Below are positions 19,893 to 28,917 of a stretch of 64,000 nucleotides of DNA, one piece after another (the stretch's first letter is position 1; each line of letters begins with the position of its first letter). The stretch is from a virus (lineage: Duplodnaviria > Caudoviricetes), in the IMG/VR virus record IMGVR_UViG_3300021431_000075, positions 352,001-416,000 of that record; one strand, written 5' to 3'. The translations under genes were made by a program, and so were the position numbers. Below the pieces are notes generated by a model. It was given only the letters and a program-made list of their open reading frames with translations, searched no databases and was not told where the DNA came from.

Positions 19893-20062
19893 TAAAAAGC
19901 AAATCGTATGGATGAAATAATCATCTTCATTTGCTGGTAAATGATGAAATTGGCTTGGGTTGATAGAAGAAAATTGAAATTAAATTCAGTTGTCGTTCTT
20001 ATGAAGCCGTTTAGGTAACAAACGAAAACAATTTGTTGAAATGATTCGACAAGCCATTTTAA

Positions 20063-20077
20063 GATAAATACAATACA
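20063..20077 (+). promoter_or_regulatory. Late-type promoter
   Basis: GATAAATACAATACA before 20102. Confidence 0.65.
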
Positions 20078-20101
20078 CAAACGGTTAATTCGATTTTAAT
20101 C

Positions 20102-21133
20102 ATGATAAGTTTCTGCTATACTGAAGATGGTAATTATTCGGTTCAAAATATACCTGATGTCTCTCAAAGTATAATTTTCGACAAGTCTAAGCAATTAGTT
20201 CGGTTATTTAATTCAGAAAACTTCTATTTTTCCGTTTTATCGGATGTATTCCAAAGCAATTTGAACGCTCCGCATACAGGTTTCTCGCAGACCGGTGCGT
20301 ACAATATGTTCACTTTTCTGAATTCGTCAATCGATGCAAGAAGACAAGCGCTGGAATCTTCAATCGGAAGCATCAACAGCAGTATAGCAGTAATCAATTC
20401 ATCGGTTAACCATATAGAGGAGACGTATGTCGAGGTTGCTCAACATGACAGCGATTCTTATGATTTGGCTTTTTCTGACGAGGTTGGCTATGTTCTTGTC
20501 AAGTTCTACGGTGGTCATGTTGCTACGAAGAATTTTGATAGTTCTGTGATTGTTGACTATGTCGATCAACTTCAGGTTGATGTGCAGGCTCTGGATAGCA
20601 GCGTGCAGTATCTGGACGGCAGTGTTCAAGAGATAGCAGACACGATAAGCGATTATGTTGATTTGCGTCAACAAGTTTATACGAACCGTGACAATATAGA
20701 AGTTCTGCATCAGCAGGTTTATGACATTAGTGCTTGGCTTGTTGAAGACGAGCTTATATGGAGTAATGTTTACATACACTTCAATAGTAGTATTCTTATG
20801 GCAAACGCGTCAATCAACAGGCTTGAGACGATGATGGGCGACGGTCTGAGGACTCCGATTGTGAACCAGACTTCAAATACGGTAGAGATTGCGCCTAACG
20901 TGCTGAACTTGTGGTCAACGTCCACGAACGCGCTTACCGTTACGTTTGCTGCTCCGGATGATCCTACGGTTGTTAATGAGTATATGATTGAGTTTACGAG
21001 CAATACAAGCGCATTCTCTTTGAGTTTGCCGAATGGAATCAAGTGGGCTAATTATCCGCCGCAAATTGATTCTCTTGCTACTTATCAGATAAGCGTAATC
21101 AACAATCTGGGTGTCTGTGTCAAGTATTCTTGA
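20102..21133 (+). CDS. Putative fibre/structural protein with coiled-coil shaft
   Basis: Heptad-like (D/N)SS(V/I) repeats; beta-rich C-terminal domain; late promoter. Confidence 0.55.
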   Translation: MISFCYTEDGNYSVQNIPDVSQSIIFDKSKQLVRLFNSENFYFSVLSDVFQSNLNAPHTGFSQTGAYNMFTFLNSSIDARRQALESSIGSINSSIAVINSSVNHIEETYVEVAQHDSDSYDLAFSDEVGYVLVKFYGGHVATKNFDSSVIVDYVDQLQVDVQALDSSVQYLDGSVQEIADTISDYVDLRQQVYTNRDNIEVLHQQVYDISAWLVEDELIWSNVYIHFNSSILMANASINRLETMMGDGLRTPIVNQTSNTVEIAPNVLNLWSTSTNALTVTFAAPDDPTVVNEYMIEFTSNTSAFSLSLPNGIKWANYPPQIDSLATYQISVINNLGVCVKYS

Positions 21134-21158
21134 TTGCATCAAAATATGGAAATCTAAC

Positions 21159-21193
21159 AAGAGAGAAACTTTTTTAAGTTTTTCTCTTTGTTT
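21159..21193 (+). terminator. Probable terminator
   Basis: aagagagaaactt / aagtttttctctt plus T run. Confidence 0.55.
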
Positions 21194-21223
21194 TTTAAAC
21201 TTTTTGTCTTTTTCTTGTATACT
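21194..21223 (+). promoter_or_regulatory. Phage promoter TTTAAAC-N16-GTATACT
   Basis: Recurrent motif heading the nuclease-MTase operon. Confidence 0.7.
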
Positions 21224-21239
21224 ATTCGGAAACTATTTC

Positions 21240-21998
21240 ATGATTCATAAAAATGACTGCAAAATGATAAATGAGAACATTCGGATAGATGAAGGTTACA
21301 ATCAGCGTGAAGTTGTTGCATACCGCTTTTCCAAGATATTCGATGAGCCGTTTACAAACGAGGCATTGAACGAGTACAGCAAGGGAGAGTGGACGTCCAG
21401 TCTTGCAAGTGGCGCAGATGATATGAACCATACAGACTTGATTATCAAGAATAAGAATGGCATATACAGGTGTGACTGCAAGACAAGGTCAGATGGCTAT
21501 TGTCCAAACAATAAGATAACCGAGCCTTCTGTTCTGACTATCGGTGAATATGCTTATAACTCCAGAATAACAGATTTCATATCGTTCTTCGGTTTGGATG
21601 GAAACCTTTATATGTGCAGTCTGAGCAACATCAGAAGTATGGAGCCATATGAAGTTAAGCAATCAAAGGGCTTTAATAACCATATGCAGAATCTGTACAT
21701 ATTCAGGGTGTTCGATATAATGAATGATTCAAGTGTAATCAAGATAGAAGTTTCCGAAGAATTCAAGAAGTATTATAACAATGGATATGAACTATATAAC
21801 AAGTATAGGAGAGAGATTCGCAGAATGACAAGACTCAATGACTATTATATGATTCCGGGTATTGTTGAGACGTTCGAGAGAGAACTTCGTGAAATTATAC
21901 ATTCGTATAATTCTTCTTTAGAAAAAGATAAAGGTTCAAGTGTTGTTATGGATGACAACTTGAACGAGGTTTGTAATATTCTTAGTTCTTTAGTCTAA
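21240..21998 (+). CDS. Putative PD-(D/E)xK nuclease
   Basis: DDMNHTDLII...RCDCK resembles a D...DxK active site. Start placed after the promoter (21240 or 21264). Confidence 0.5.
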   Translation: MIHKNDCKMINENIRIDEGYNQREVVAYRFSKIFDEPFTNEALNEYSKGEWTSSLASGADDMNHTDLIIKNKNGIYRCDCKTRSDGYCPNNKITEPSVLTIGEYAYNSRITDFISFFGLDGNLYMCSLSNIRSMEPYEVKQSKGFNNHMQNLYIFRVFDIMNDSSVIKIEVSEEFKKYYNNGYELYNKYRREIRRMTRLNDYYMIPGIVETFERELREIIHSYNSSLEKDKGSSVVMDDNLNEVCNILSSLV

Positions 21999-22005
21999 TA
22001 GTTTG

Positions 22006-23559
22006 ATGTTTAGGGTTTTTACAGCATTCAGTGGATATGATTCCCAGTGTCTTGCGCTTAAGAGATTGCAGGAACGGTTTCCGGACTTCAAGTTTGAGCT
22101 TGTCGGGTGGTCTGAAATTGAGAAGTCTGCGATAGAGGCGCATAACATCTTGTTTCCGGAATACAAGGATAAGAACTATGGAGACATTTCAAAGATAGAC
22201 TGGAATGACGTTCCGAACTTTGACATGTTGACCTATAGTTCTCCGTGCTTTGTTGCAGGGACTAAGGTGGTGACAAGCGCAGGTCTTAAGAACATAGAAG
22301 ATGTGATAGAAGATGACTATGTTGCTACTCATACCGGTCAGTATAGAAAAGTGCTGAAATGTATGGAGCATGAGCATATCGGTTCATTGTATAGGGTTGA
22401 ACTGGAAAGTGGCAACAGTGTCATTTGTACTCCGAATCATCCATTCTATTGTGTTTCAAAGAATGACAAGAAGAATGCTATTTGGGTTGAGGCACAGAAT
22501 CTTTCCGTTGATGAGCATCTATGTAAGCTTGTTGTTGATTTTAATACAGATGGGATGACTCCTGTATTTGACAACAAGATTATAAAAGATATAGAAGTGT
22601 ATGATAATCAGAGAGATATAGTTTACAATTTGCAAGTTGATGAATATGAGTCATACATTGCAAACGGAATCTGTGTTCATAATTGCACAGACTTTTCAAT
22701 AGCAGGTCATCAGGCTGGCGGAGAAGAAGGTTCTGGGACACGTTCATCCCTGTTGTGGGAGTGCGAGAATGCAATATCTATAAAGAGACCGAAGTATTTG
22801 ATTCTTGAGAATGTGACAGCTCTTGTGAACAGGAAGAACAAGGATGTGTTCTTTAAGTGGATTTCACGAATCTCGAAGTATGGTTATGTGTCATTCTGGA
22901 AGATATTGAATGCAAGTTGGTACGGGATACCTCAGAATAGGGATCGCTTGTTTCTGGTTTCCGTGCTGAAAGAGAATCCGGAAGATATTGTGAGTTATAA
23001 TTTCCCCAATCCGTTCATTAGAGGATGTTCGATAAGTGATTTTTTGAGCAAGGAAGTTGATAAGTCATACTATATTGATTCAGAAGCGGTTAATAAGTGG
23101 ATTGTTGAGAATGAAAATAAAATAAAGGCTTGTATTTCAGAAAAGAATCATATAGATATAAATAGTATTGTCATGGATGATTCTTGCATATATGAGTTTG
23201 ATACAGATACAGAAGAAAAACGCGATAACGATATATCAATGGAAGATAAAGATAACTGCTTGTTTGGCGAGCAGGAACAAGATTGTTGTCTTGTGAAAGA
23301 TCCCAAGCAGGCGACTAAGGACAAGAAGCAGAAGCGTGAACGGAAGAAGAAGATTCGGAATGATGTTAGTAAGTATGAGGGATGCCATATCGTAGATAGA
23401 ATTCCGACTCCGACATGTACAGGAAATGTGGCTCCTACTTTGATGGCGTCAAGTTATGAAGCCGCTGATTATAAGAATTTTTATAGTGTTGGTCATTTTC
23501 CGAAGCTCGGCATTCTTGAGGTTTGGGAACGAGACGGTGTCGAAAAGAAAAATAATTAA
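22006..23559 (+). CDS. C5 DNA cytosine methyltransferase, N-terminal subunit (motifs I-VIII plus TRD), intein-containing
   Basis: FTAFSGYDSQ (I), SSP-[intein]-CTDFS (IV), ILENV (VI), PQNRDR (VIII); motifs IX-X absent. Confidence 0.9.
   Translation: MFRVFTAFSGYDSQCLALKRLQERFPDFKFELVGWSEIEKSAIEAHNILFPEYKDKNYGDISKIDWNDVPNFDMLTYSSPCFVAGTKVVTSAGLKNIEDVIEDDYVATHTGQYRKVLKCMEHEHIGSLYRVELESGNSVICTPNHPFYCVSKNDKKNAIWVEAQNLSVDEHLCKLVVDFNTDGMTPVFDNKIIKDIEVYDNQRDIVYNLQVDEYESYIANGICVHNCTDFSIAGHQAGGEEGSGTRSSLLWECENAISIKRPKYLILENVTALVNRKNKDVFFKWISRISKYGYVSFWKILNASWYGIPQNRDRLFLVSVLKENPEDIVSYNFPNPFIRGCSISDFLSKEVDKSYYIDSEAVNKWIVENENKIKACISEKNHIDINSIVMDDSCIYEFDTDTEEKRDNDISMEDKDNCLFGEQEQDCCLVKDPKQATKDKKQKRERKKKIRNDVSKYEGCHIVDRIPTPTCTGNVAPTLMASSYEAADYKNFYSVGHFPKLGILEVWERDGVEKKNN
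22246..22683 (+). mobile_element. Mini-intein (146 aa, no homing endonuclease)
   Basis: Starts CFVAGTKV; block B CTPNHPF; block F VYNLQV; ends CVHN followed by Cys+1. Confidence 0.93.
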
Positions 23560-23573
23560 TCAAGATATTAAAT

Positions 23574-23927
23574 ATGCAGACAGAAAGACAAGCATATAAC
23601 AAGAATAAGAACAAGATTATAGAGACTGTTACGAATTTGAAAGAAAACCAGTTTCTTAGGATTCGCAAGTGTTGTCCGAGAGAGTCGTTGCGCTTGATGG
23701 GTATATCTGAAAGTCATATTGACAGGATGCTCAATCCGAGAGGTTATCTGGAATCGCAGGGTTATTCGGAAGAAGAAATCGACAAGATGCTGATTAAGGA
23801 AACCGGCGAAGAGAATATATATAAACAGGCCGGCAACTCTATAGTCGTTGATGTGTTATATCATTTGTTCAGAAAGATGTTCATAGAACCGGGTGTGGAA
23901 GTTGGTCAAGATGAGCAGTTGTTTTGA
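23574..23927 (+). CDS. C5 DNA MTase C-terminal subunit (motifs IX-X)
   Basis: IRKCCPRESLRLMG (IX) and YKQAGNSIVVDVL (X); different frame from the upstream ORF. Confidence 0.85.
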   Translation: MQTERQAYNKNKNKIIETVTNLKENQFLRIRKCCPRESLRLMGISESHIDRMLNPRGYLESQGYSEEEIDKMLIKETGEENIYKQAGNSIVVDVLYHLFRKMFIEPGVEVGQDEQLF

Positions 23928-23930
23928 AAA

Positions 23931-24992
23931 ATGAAGATAAGAGTTTTTACAGCATTCAGCGGATATGATTCCCAGTGTTTGGGTTTGAACAGACTTAAGG
24001 ATTACTCATCGGATTTCGACTATGAACTTGTCGGATGGAGCGAGATAGACAAAGGAGCCATTGGCGCTCACAATGCTTTGTTCCCTGAAGCGTCCGACAA
24101 GAACTATGGAGACATATCGAAAGTGGACTGGTCGAATGTACCTGATTTTGATTTGTTTACATATTCAAGTCCATGTACAGATTTTTCAGCAGCCGGACTT
24201 CAGAAAGGCGGCGAGGAAGGTTCCGGGACACGATCTTCATTGTTGTGGGAATGCAGGAGAACTATCGAGAGCAAGAAACCAAAGTTTCTTCTTTTTGAGA
24301 ATGTCATCGCGTTGCTCAGCAACAAGTTTATCAAGTTGTTTGAGAAGTGGATTTCTCTTGTTAATTCCATGGGTTATAAGAGTTATTACTCTGTTTTGAA
24401 TTCAAGGGACTACGGTGTTCCTCAGAACAGACCGAGACTTTTTCTTGTTTCAATAAGGAATGATGTCGGAATCAACTATTCGTTTCCGAGTCCGATAAAT
24501 GACAGACCGCATCTTTATGACATTCTGGAACATGATGATGAGGTGGATCCGAAGTTGTTTCGGAGCGAGCAGAGAATAGATAAGATGATGACGTTGCATC
24601 CGGTTCAGATGGCTGCCCTGGTTAACGAGAAGAACATTGTTCCCGGAAAATATGAAGTGTTGCCATGTGGTCTATATTGTCATTCTTCAGATGCTTTTTC
24701 AAGTCCGCCGATTCGTGACATGTCAAGATGTCTTAAGGCGATGAGTCACGAGTCCGGTATCATATATAAGAAAGACGGAAAGTGGTACGAGCGTCTGTTC
24801 AGTCATAGGGAGTGTTTCCGCTTGATGGGTTTGACTGATGAAGAGTTTGATAAGATAAGTTCTTGTGTCAAGAGTACCGATTTGTACCAGTGTGCTGGAA
24901 ATTCTATTGTCGTCGATGTCCTTTTCCACATTTTCAGGAAGATGTTTGTCGATATAGAACCGGATATAAACACTCAATATGTTTTATTTTAA
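23931..24992 (+). CDS. C5 DNA cytosine methyltransferase, intact paralogue
   Basis: FSGYDSQ, SSPCTDFS, FENV, PQNRPR, RECFRLMG, AGNSIVV. Confidence 0.95.
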   Translation: MKIRVFTAFSGYDSQCLGLNRLKDYSSDFDYELVGWSEIDKGAIGAHNALFPEASDKNYGDISKVDWSNVPDFDLFTYSSPCTDFSAAGLQKGGEEGSGTRSSLLWECRRTIESKKPKFLLFENVIALLSNKFIKLFEKWISLVNSMGYKSYYSVLNSRDYGVPQNRPRLFLVSIRNDVGINYSFPSPINDRPHLYDILEHDDEVDPKLFRSEQRIDKMMTLHPVQMAALVNEKNIVPGKYEVLPCGLYCHSSDAFSSPPIRDMSRCLKAMSHESGIIYKKDGKWYERLFSHRECFRLMGLTDEEFDKISSCVKSTDLYQCAGNSIVVDVLFHIFRKMFVDIEPDINTQYVLF

Positions 24993-25018
24993 ACTAATTG
25001 AACATTTTGTTGTATACT
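24988..25018 (+). promoter_or_regulatory. Phage promoter TTTAAAC-N17-GTATACT
   Basis: Recurrent motif. Confidence 0.75.
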
Positions 25019-25073
25019 TTTTCGAGATAAGATAAAGAATTTTTTTATTCACCTATTTTAATAAAGTTTTCTA

Positions 25074-25916
25074 ATGAAAATCGTTTTTAAGAGTACCGGA
25101 GACAATGCCGGTTTAGAGAATTGGCTTAAGACTTTCAAGGAAATTGACGAGTCTTTGTTGATTGAAGTCGATGCTGAGAACAAGTGCTTTGTTACCAAGG
25201 CATATACTTCCGAGAGGACTATCGTTAAGTATGGTTCTTTGGCGTTTGAGAATGCTAATTATGAAGTTGAGTCTTCTGATGAGTTCAATGGACGTGTTTA
25301 TGTTGGCATATTCCGCTATCTTGACAAATTCATCAAGGTTGTGAATCTTTTTACAAAAGACGAACATACATTGACTATTGAATTCGATGACAACGGCAAG
25401 GGGCAGTTGGTTGCAAGCAGCATTACATTCAAGAGCGATACGCTTCAGATGGTTCTTCCGGGTTCCATTATGGACGAGTTCGTTATTTTTACCGACGAAC
25501 AGTTCAAGAACAAAATCGCTACAATCGACGATCCTATGGTGTTCAATGTTAGTAACGAGAATGTCAAGAAACTTCTTGACTCGTCCTCTATTATGTCTTC
25601 TGATGCAAAAAAGGATGTTCTTGCATTTGATGTTGTTCTTGAGAATGATGAGTTTGTTCTTGTTGCAAGTGACAATAATAACAAGTCATTCTTCTTTAAA
25701 CTTGGAACTTTGTCGGAAGATGCGAATGTTAGCAAGGACATTGACATAAAGAATGCATATAGCGCGGTTATTCGTAACAATTTCATTTTAGCGACAAAGA
25801 ACGACACAGACGACTTGAAGTTGTATATCTCAAGAACAGGCGTTTCCAACAAGATTAGAATCGACGCCGGTGAATCTTTCAGTACAATCATTTCCAAAGT
25901 TCGTATCAATCGCTGA
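25074..25916 (+). CDS. Probable DNA sliding clamp (T4 gp45-like)
   Basis: Acidic 280-aa alpha/beta protein; LKTFKEIDESLLI resembles the gp45 N-terminus; clamp loader present in window. Confidence 0.55.
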   Translation: MKIVFKSTGDNAGLENWLKTFKEIDESLLIEVDAENKCFVTKAYTSERTIVKYGSLAFENANYEVESSDEFNGRVYVGIFRYLDKFIKVVNLFTKDEHTLTIEFDDNGKGQLVASSITFKSDTLQMVLPGSIMDEFVIFTDEQFKNKIATIDDPMVFNVSNENVKKLLDSSSIMSSDAKKDVLAFDVVLENDEFVLVASDNNNKSFFFKLGTLSEDANVSKDIDIKNAYSAVIRNNFILATKNDTDDLKLYISRTGVSNKIRIDAGESFSTIISKVRINR

Positions 25917-26039
25917 TATGATGACTGTAGTAGGTTGTTAGGTTCAGCCGATTTTATGCTTGATAGACTTGCTATCGAGAAAACATGTTCGGTTCGCCGA
26001 ATCTGTTAGACTTAAATCTAAAATCAGATTTTTCTATAG

Positions 26040-27191
26040 ATGATTAGATGTGAGAAATACGCTCATTTGGGCGATGTTGGAAGTTCGGATTTCAATTGGG
26101 ATGAATACGAATCTGGTTGGAACGGAATTTCATTGAAGAAAAATAAGAAGATCAAGACTTCTGGTGGCGACAAGTGTTACAGCCATGCTGTATATGCTCA
26201 GTCATTGTATGACAAGTACACAGGAAGCCATACGGAGGTTGTCAAGGATTTGAAGCGCGGTTCTACTGTTGCTATCCAAGACTTCCGAGTTGTTGATGAC
26301 AATACGATTATGGCTACTGTTTGCGGCGGTGCGACGAATGTTATCATTGACTTGAACAAAGAAGGCAAGTTCTTCAATCAGTTGACTTATAATAACCAGC
26401 CGTTAACAAAGAGTATTTTCGTTGAAGGTACAAGGACAAGTCCTGAATTCAAGGATAGTTTGCTTTCTATGAACCTTTATGTCAAAGTCGGTTCCGACAC
26501 GGAAAAGGGTTCTATTTGGGACGGTTCTGTAGAGAGGCTTGCACAAGAGCTTAAAGAGCAAATCAAGTTGAACGAGAAGGCGTACTATGCTACGATTCTT
26601 TCTACGAATGGTGGCGGTTTCAATGTCGAGATTATGGGTATGATTAACGCGTTCATGCTTGGTTCCCAGGCTGCATCGAACAGGATTACAGACTATGAAT
26701 CGATGGTCGGAAAGACTCTTGAGGTCATGGTTGATTCTTGGAATCCTAAGAACGGTTTTACAGTAAGCCGCAAGAAGTATCTCAACAAGATACGTCCGCA
26801 TATGCTGAAGCCGTTTGAGCAGACTCTTGCTGATGCTCCTGAAACTACTTATGTTGGAAAGATAACCGGCGCGAGCCAATACGGTGTGTTCGTCGAACTC
26901 AACGAGTTCATTACTGGTATGTTGCACAAGACTCTTGTCAGTGACGAGTTGCGTGACATGATGAGAAAGAATGAAGTTGTTGCAGGCGAGGAAATCACAG
27001 TTTATGTTCACAAGATTGAGAACGGACGTGTCATTCTGTCTGATGTTCCTCTTGCTGAACGCGAGGTTGTCATCAAGAAGCGTGAAGCGGAAGACGAGGC
27101 AGAGAAGAGCGAGCATATCGCGCAGATGAAGAGTGCGAATGCGGATTATCGCGGCGGCAATAATAAGTTCAACAAACGTTCTGGAAATTAG
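26040..27191 (+). CDS. Ribosomal protein S1-like RNA-binding protein
   Basis: S1/OB repeats: NGGGFNVEI...AFMLGSQ, VSRKKYL, GKITGASQYGVFVEL...GMLH; N-terminal DFNWDEYE. Confidence 0.8.
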   Translation: MIRCEKYAHLGDVGSSDFNWDEYESGWNGISLKKNKKIKTSGGDKCYSHAVYAQSLYDKYTGSHTEVVKDLKRGSTVAIQDFRVVDDNTIMATVCGGATNVIIDLNKEGKFFNQLTYNNQPLTKSIFVEGTRTSPEFKDSLLSMNLYVKVGSDTEKGSIWDGSVERLAQELKEQIKLNEKAYYATILSTNGGGFNVEIMGMINAFMLGSQAASNRITDYESMVGKTLEVMVDSWNPKNGFTVSRKKYLNKIRPHMLKPFEQTLADAPETTYVGKITGASQYGVFVELNEFITGMLHKTLVSDELRDMMRKNEVVAGEEITVYVHKIENGRVILSDVPLAEREVVIKKREAEDEAEKSEHIAQMKSANADYRGGNNKFNKRSGN

Positions 27192-27195
27192 GCAT

Positions 27196-27486
27196 ATGGA
27201 TGGATTTGGTTTTAACGATCAAGATTTGAACTTCACCATGCCGAATGTCTATGGATATGATACCATGAAGTGCGAGTGCGGTTGTGAGACTTTCACACGC
27301 GGGTACATATTCAAGAAGGTTCCCGGAATCTTGTTTGGCGGTGGTGTTGATGAAGTTCCTGTCCCGCTGGAAGTGTTTTTCTGCAGCAAATGCGGAACAA
27401 TTCCGGAATTTATTAAGAAGAAGCTGAAAAGCGAGGAAGAAAAGGCAAAGAAGGCAGAAGAAGCCAAGAAAACTCTCATTGTCTGA
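27196..27486 (+). CDS. Small zinc-ribbon protein
   Basis: CECGC...CSKCG. Confidence 0.75.
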   Translation: MDGFGFNDQDLNFTMPNVYGYDTMKCECGCETFTRGYIFKKVPGILFGGGVDEVPVPLEVFFCSKCGTIPEFIKKKLKSEEEKAKKAEEAKKTLIV

Positions 27487-28241
27487 TGGAAGTTGATAAC
27501 ATATACAATATGGACTGTCTTGAAGGGATGAAACTTCTGGACGACAAGTCGGTTGATTGTGTTATTTGTGATTTGCCTTATGGAATGACGAGCAACAAGT
27601 GGGATTCAATCATCCCGCTTGATGCTCTCTGGAAACAATACGACAGGGTTTGCAAGGATAATGCTGCCATTGTCTTGACTGCAAGTCAGCCGTTTTCAAG
27701 CATGCTTGTCATGTCTAATGTCCAGATGTTCAGACATGAGTGGATTTGGATAAAGAACCGCGGAAGCAATTTTGCAAATACAGTCAGAGAGCCGTTCAAG
27801 GAACATGAGCATGTTCTTGTGTTCAGCAAGGGCAAATGGACATATAACAAGCAGATGCAGGAAAGGACAGGAGGTGGCGCGGAAAGAGTCAAATATGACT
27901 TGACGTCTACATCGACAAGTTCCAATTACAGGAATTTTGACAAGCCGCAGACCAAGAACGCATCCGAGTTGAGAGTTCCGTCATCTTGGCAGAAGTTCAA
28001 CACTGAAACCGGTTTGCACCCGACACAGAAGCCGGTTGATTTGTTTAGATACTTGATACGGACATACACGAATGAAGGAGAACTTGTTCTTGACAATTGT
28101 ATTGGAAGTGGCACAACGGCTATTGCAGCATTGAGAGAAAAGCGTCATTTTGTCGGTTTTGAGTTGAATAAAGACTATTATGAGATTGCCACCAAAAGAA
28201 TAAAGGATGAGCAAGATTATATGTCTGAAAGTTTATTTTAA
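27486..28241 (+). CDS. Beta-class N6-adenine/N4-cytosine DNA methyltransferase
   Basis: DLPYG motif IV before HPTQKP and LDNCIGSGTT motif I. Confidence 0.93.
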   Translation: MEVDNIYNMDCLEGMKLLDDKSVDCVICDLPYGMTSNKWDSIIPLDALWKQYDRVCKDNAAIVLTASQPFSSMLVMSNVQMFRHEWIWIKNRGSNFANTVREPFKEHEHVLVFSKGKWTYNKQMQERTGGGAERVKYDLTSTSTSSNYRNFDKPQTKNASELRVPSSWQKFNTETGLHPTQKPVDLFRYLIRTYTNEGELVLDNCIGSGTTAIAALREKRHFVGFELNKDYYEIATKRIKDEQDYMSESLF

Positions 28242-28278
28242 CCATTTAATTATTAACATTTTAATTATTTTGACAGTT

Positions 28279-28530
28279 ATGAGCAATTTATCAGAAAATA
28301 CAGTTGATACAATCACTTTGACACCACAATACGGTTTTTTTGCAGTTACGGTTGAAATTGAAGAAGAAGATTCAGAAACCGGAAAAACCAAGAAGACAAA
28401 GGAAGAACATCTTGTAGACGGAAAAAATGTTACAGATGTTGAGTCAAAGGTTGCAAAGGAGATGGACGGTGTCATGTCACCATGGAAGATAGTGAAATGT
28501 CAGACGTCTAAGATTATCGCAGTTTATTAA
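28279..28530 (+). CDS. DUF4494-like small protein
   Basis: GKTKKTKEEHLVDGKNVTDVE resembles this Bacteroidetes family. Confidence 0.55.
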   Translation: MSNLSENTVDTITLTPQYGFFAVTVEIEEEDSETGKTKKTKEEHLVDGKNVTDVESKVAKEMDGVMSPWKIVKCQTSKIIAVY

Positions 28531-28539
28531 ATTTCAGAA

Positions 28540-28597
28540 CAAAAGTGGACTTTTTGAGATTGATTTGAATCAATGTATTCTTAATGAGTCCACTTTG
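28540..28597. repeat. Long interrupted inverted repeat
   Basis: caaaagtggact ... ttgatt-tg-aatcaa ... agtccactttg. Confidence 0.65.
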
Positions 28598-28851
28598 TGT
28601 TTTTGAAAGAATAAATCTGTGCATTTTCAACATTTATTGTATAATTTTCATGGTTTTGTGACAGTTTAATAAAAGACGGTTTTTGAATTCAATGAAAAAA
28701 ACTTTTCAAGTATTTTGAGTTTTTAATATTTTTTGGGATTGTATGAAAATTATTCAGCATGGATGTAAAGATTACATGTTTATGTTCTTGAAAATTGAGT
28801 TTTCAAACATCTTCAAAAGAGAGTATTTTGAAAAATTTAGCGCTTGGAACA

Positions 28852-28859
28852 AATAAATA
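28852..28859 (+). promoter_or_regulatory. Late-type promoter AATAAATA
   Basis: About 60 nt upstream of the Hint gene. Confidence 0.45.
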
Positions 28860-28917
28860 AATTACCCTTCTTTTAAAAACTGTCAATGCCTATAAATTTT
28901 CAAAAGACTGAAGAAAA

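Noticed and set aside
25917-26039. tRNA gene
   Set aside because: Hairpins are present, but there is no acceptor stem, D-loop or TTCGA T-loop arrangement; no tRNA recognised in the window.
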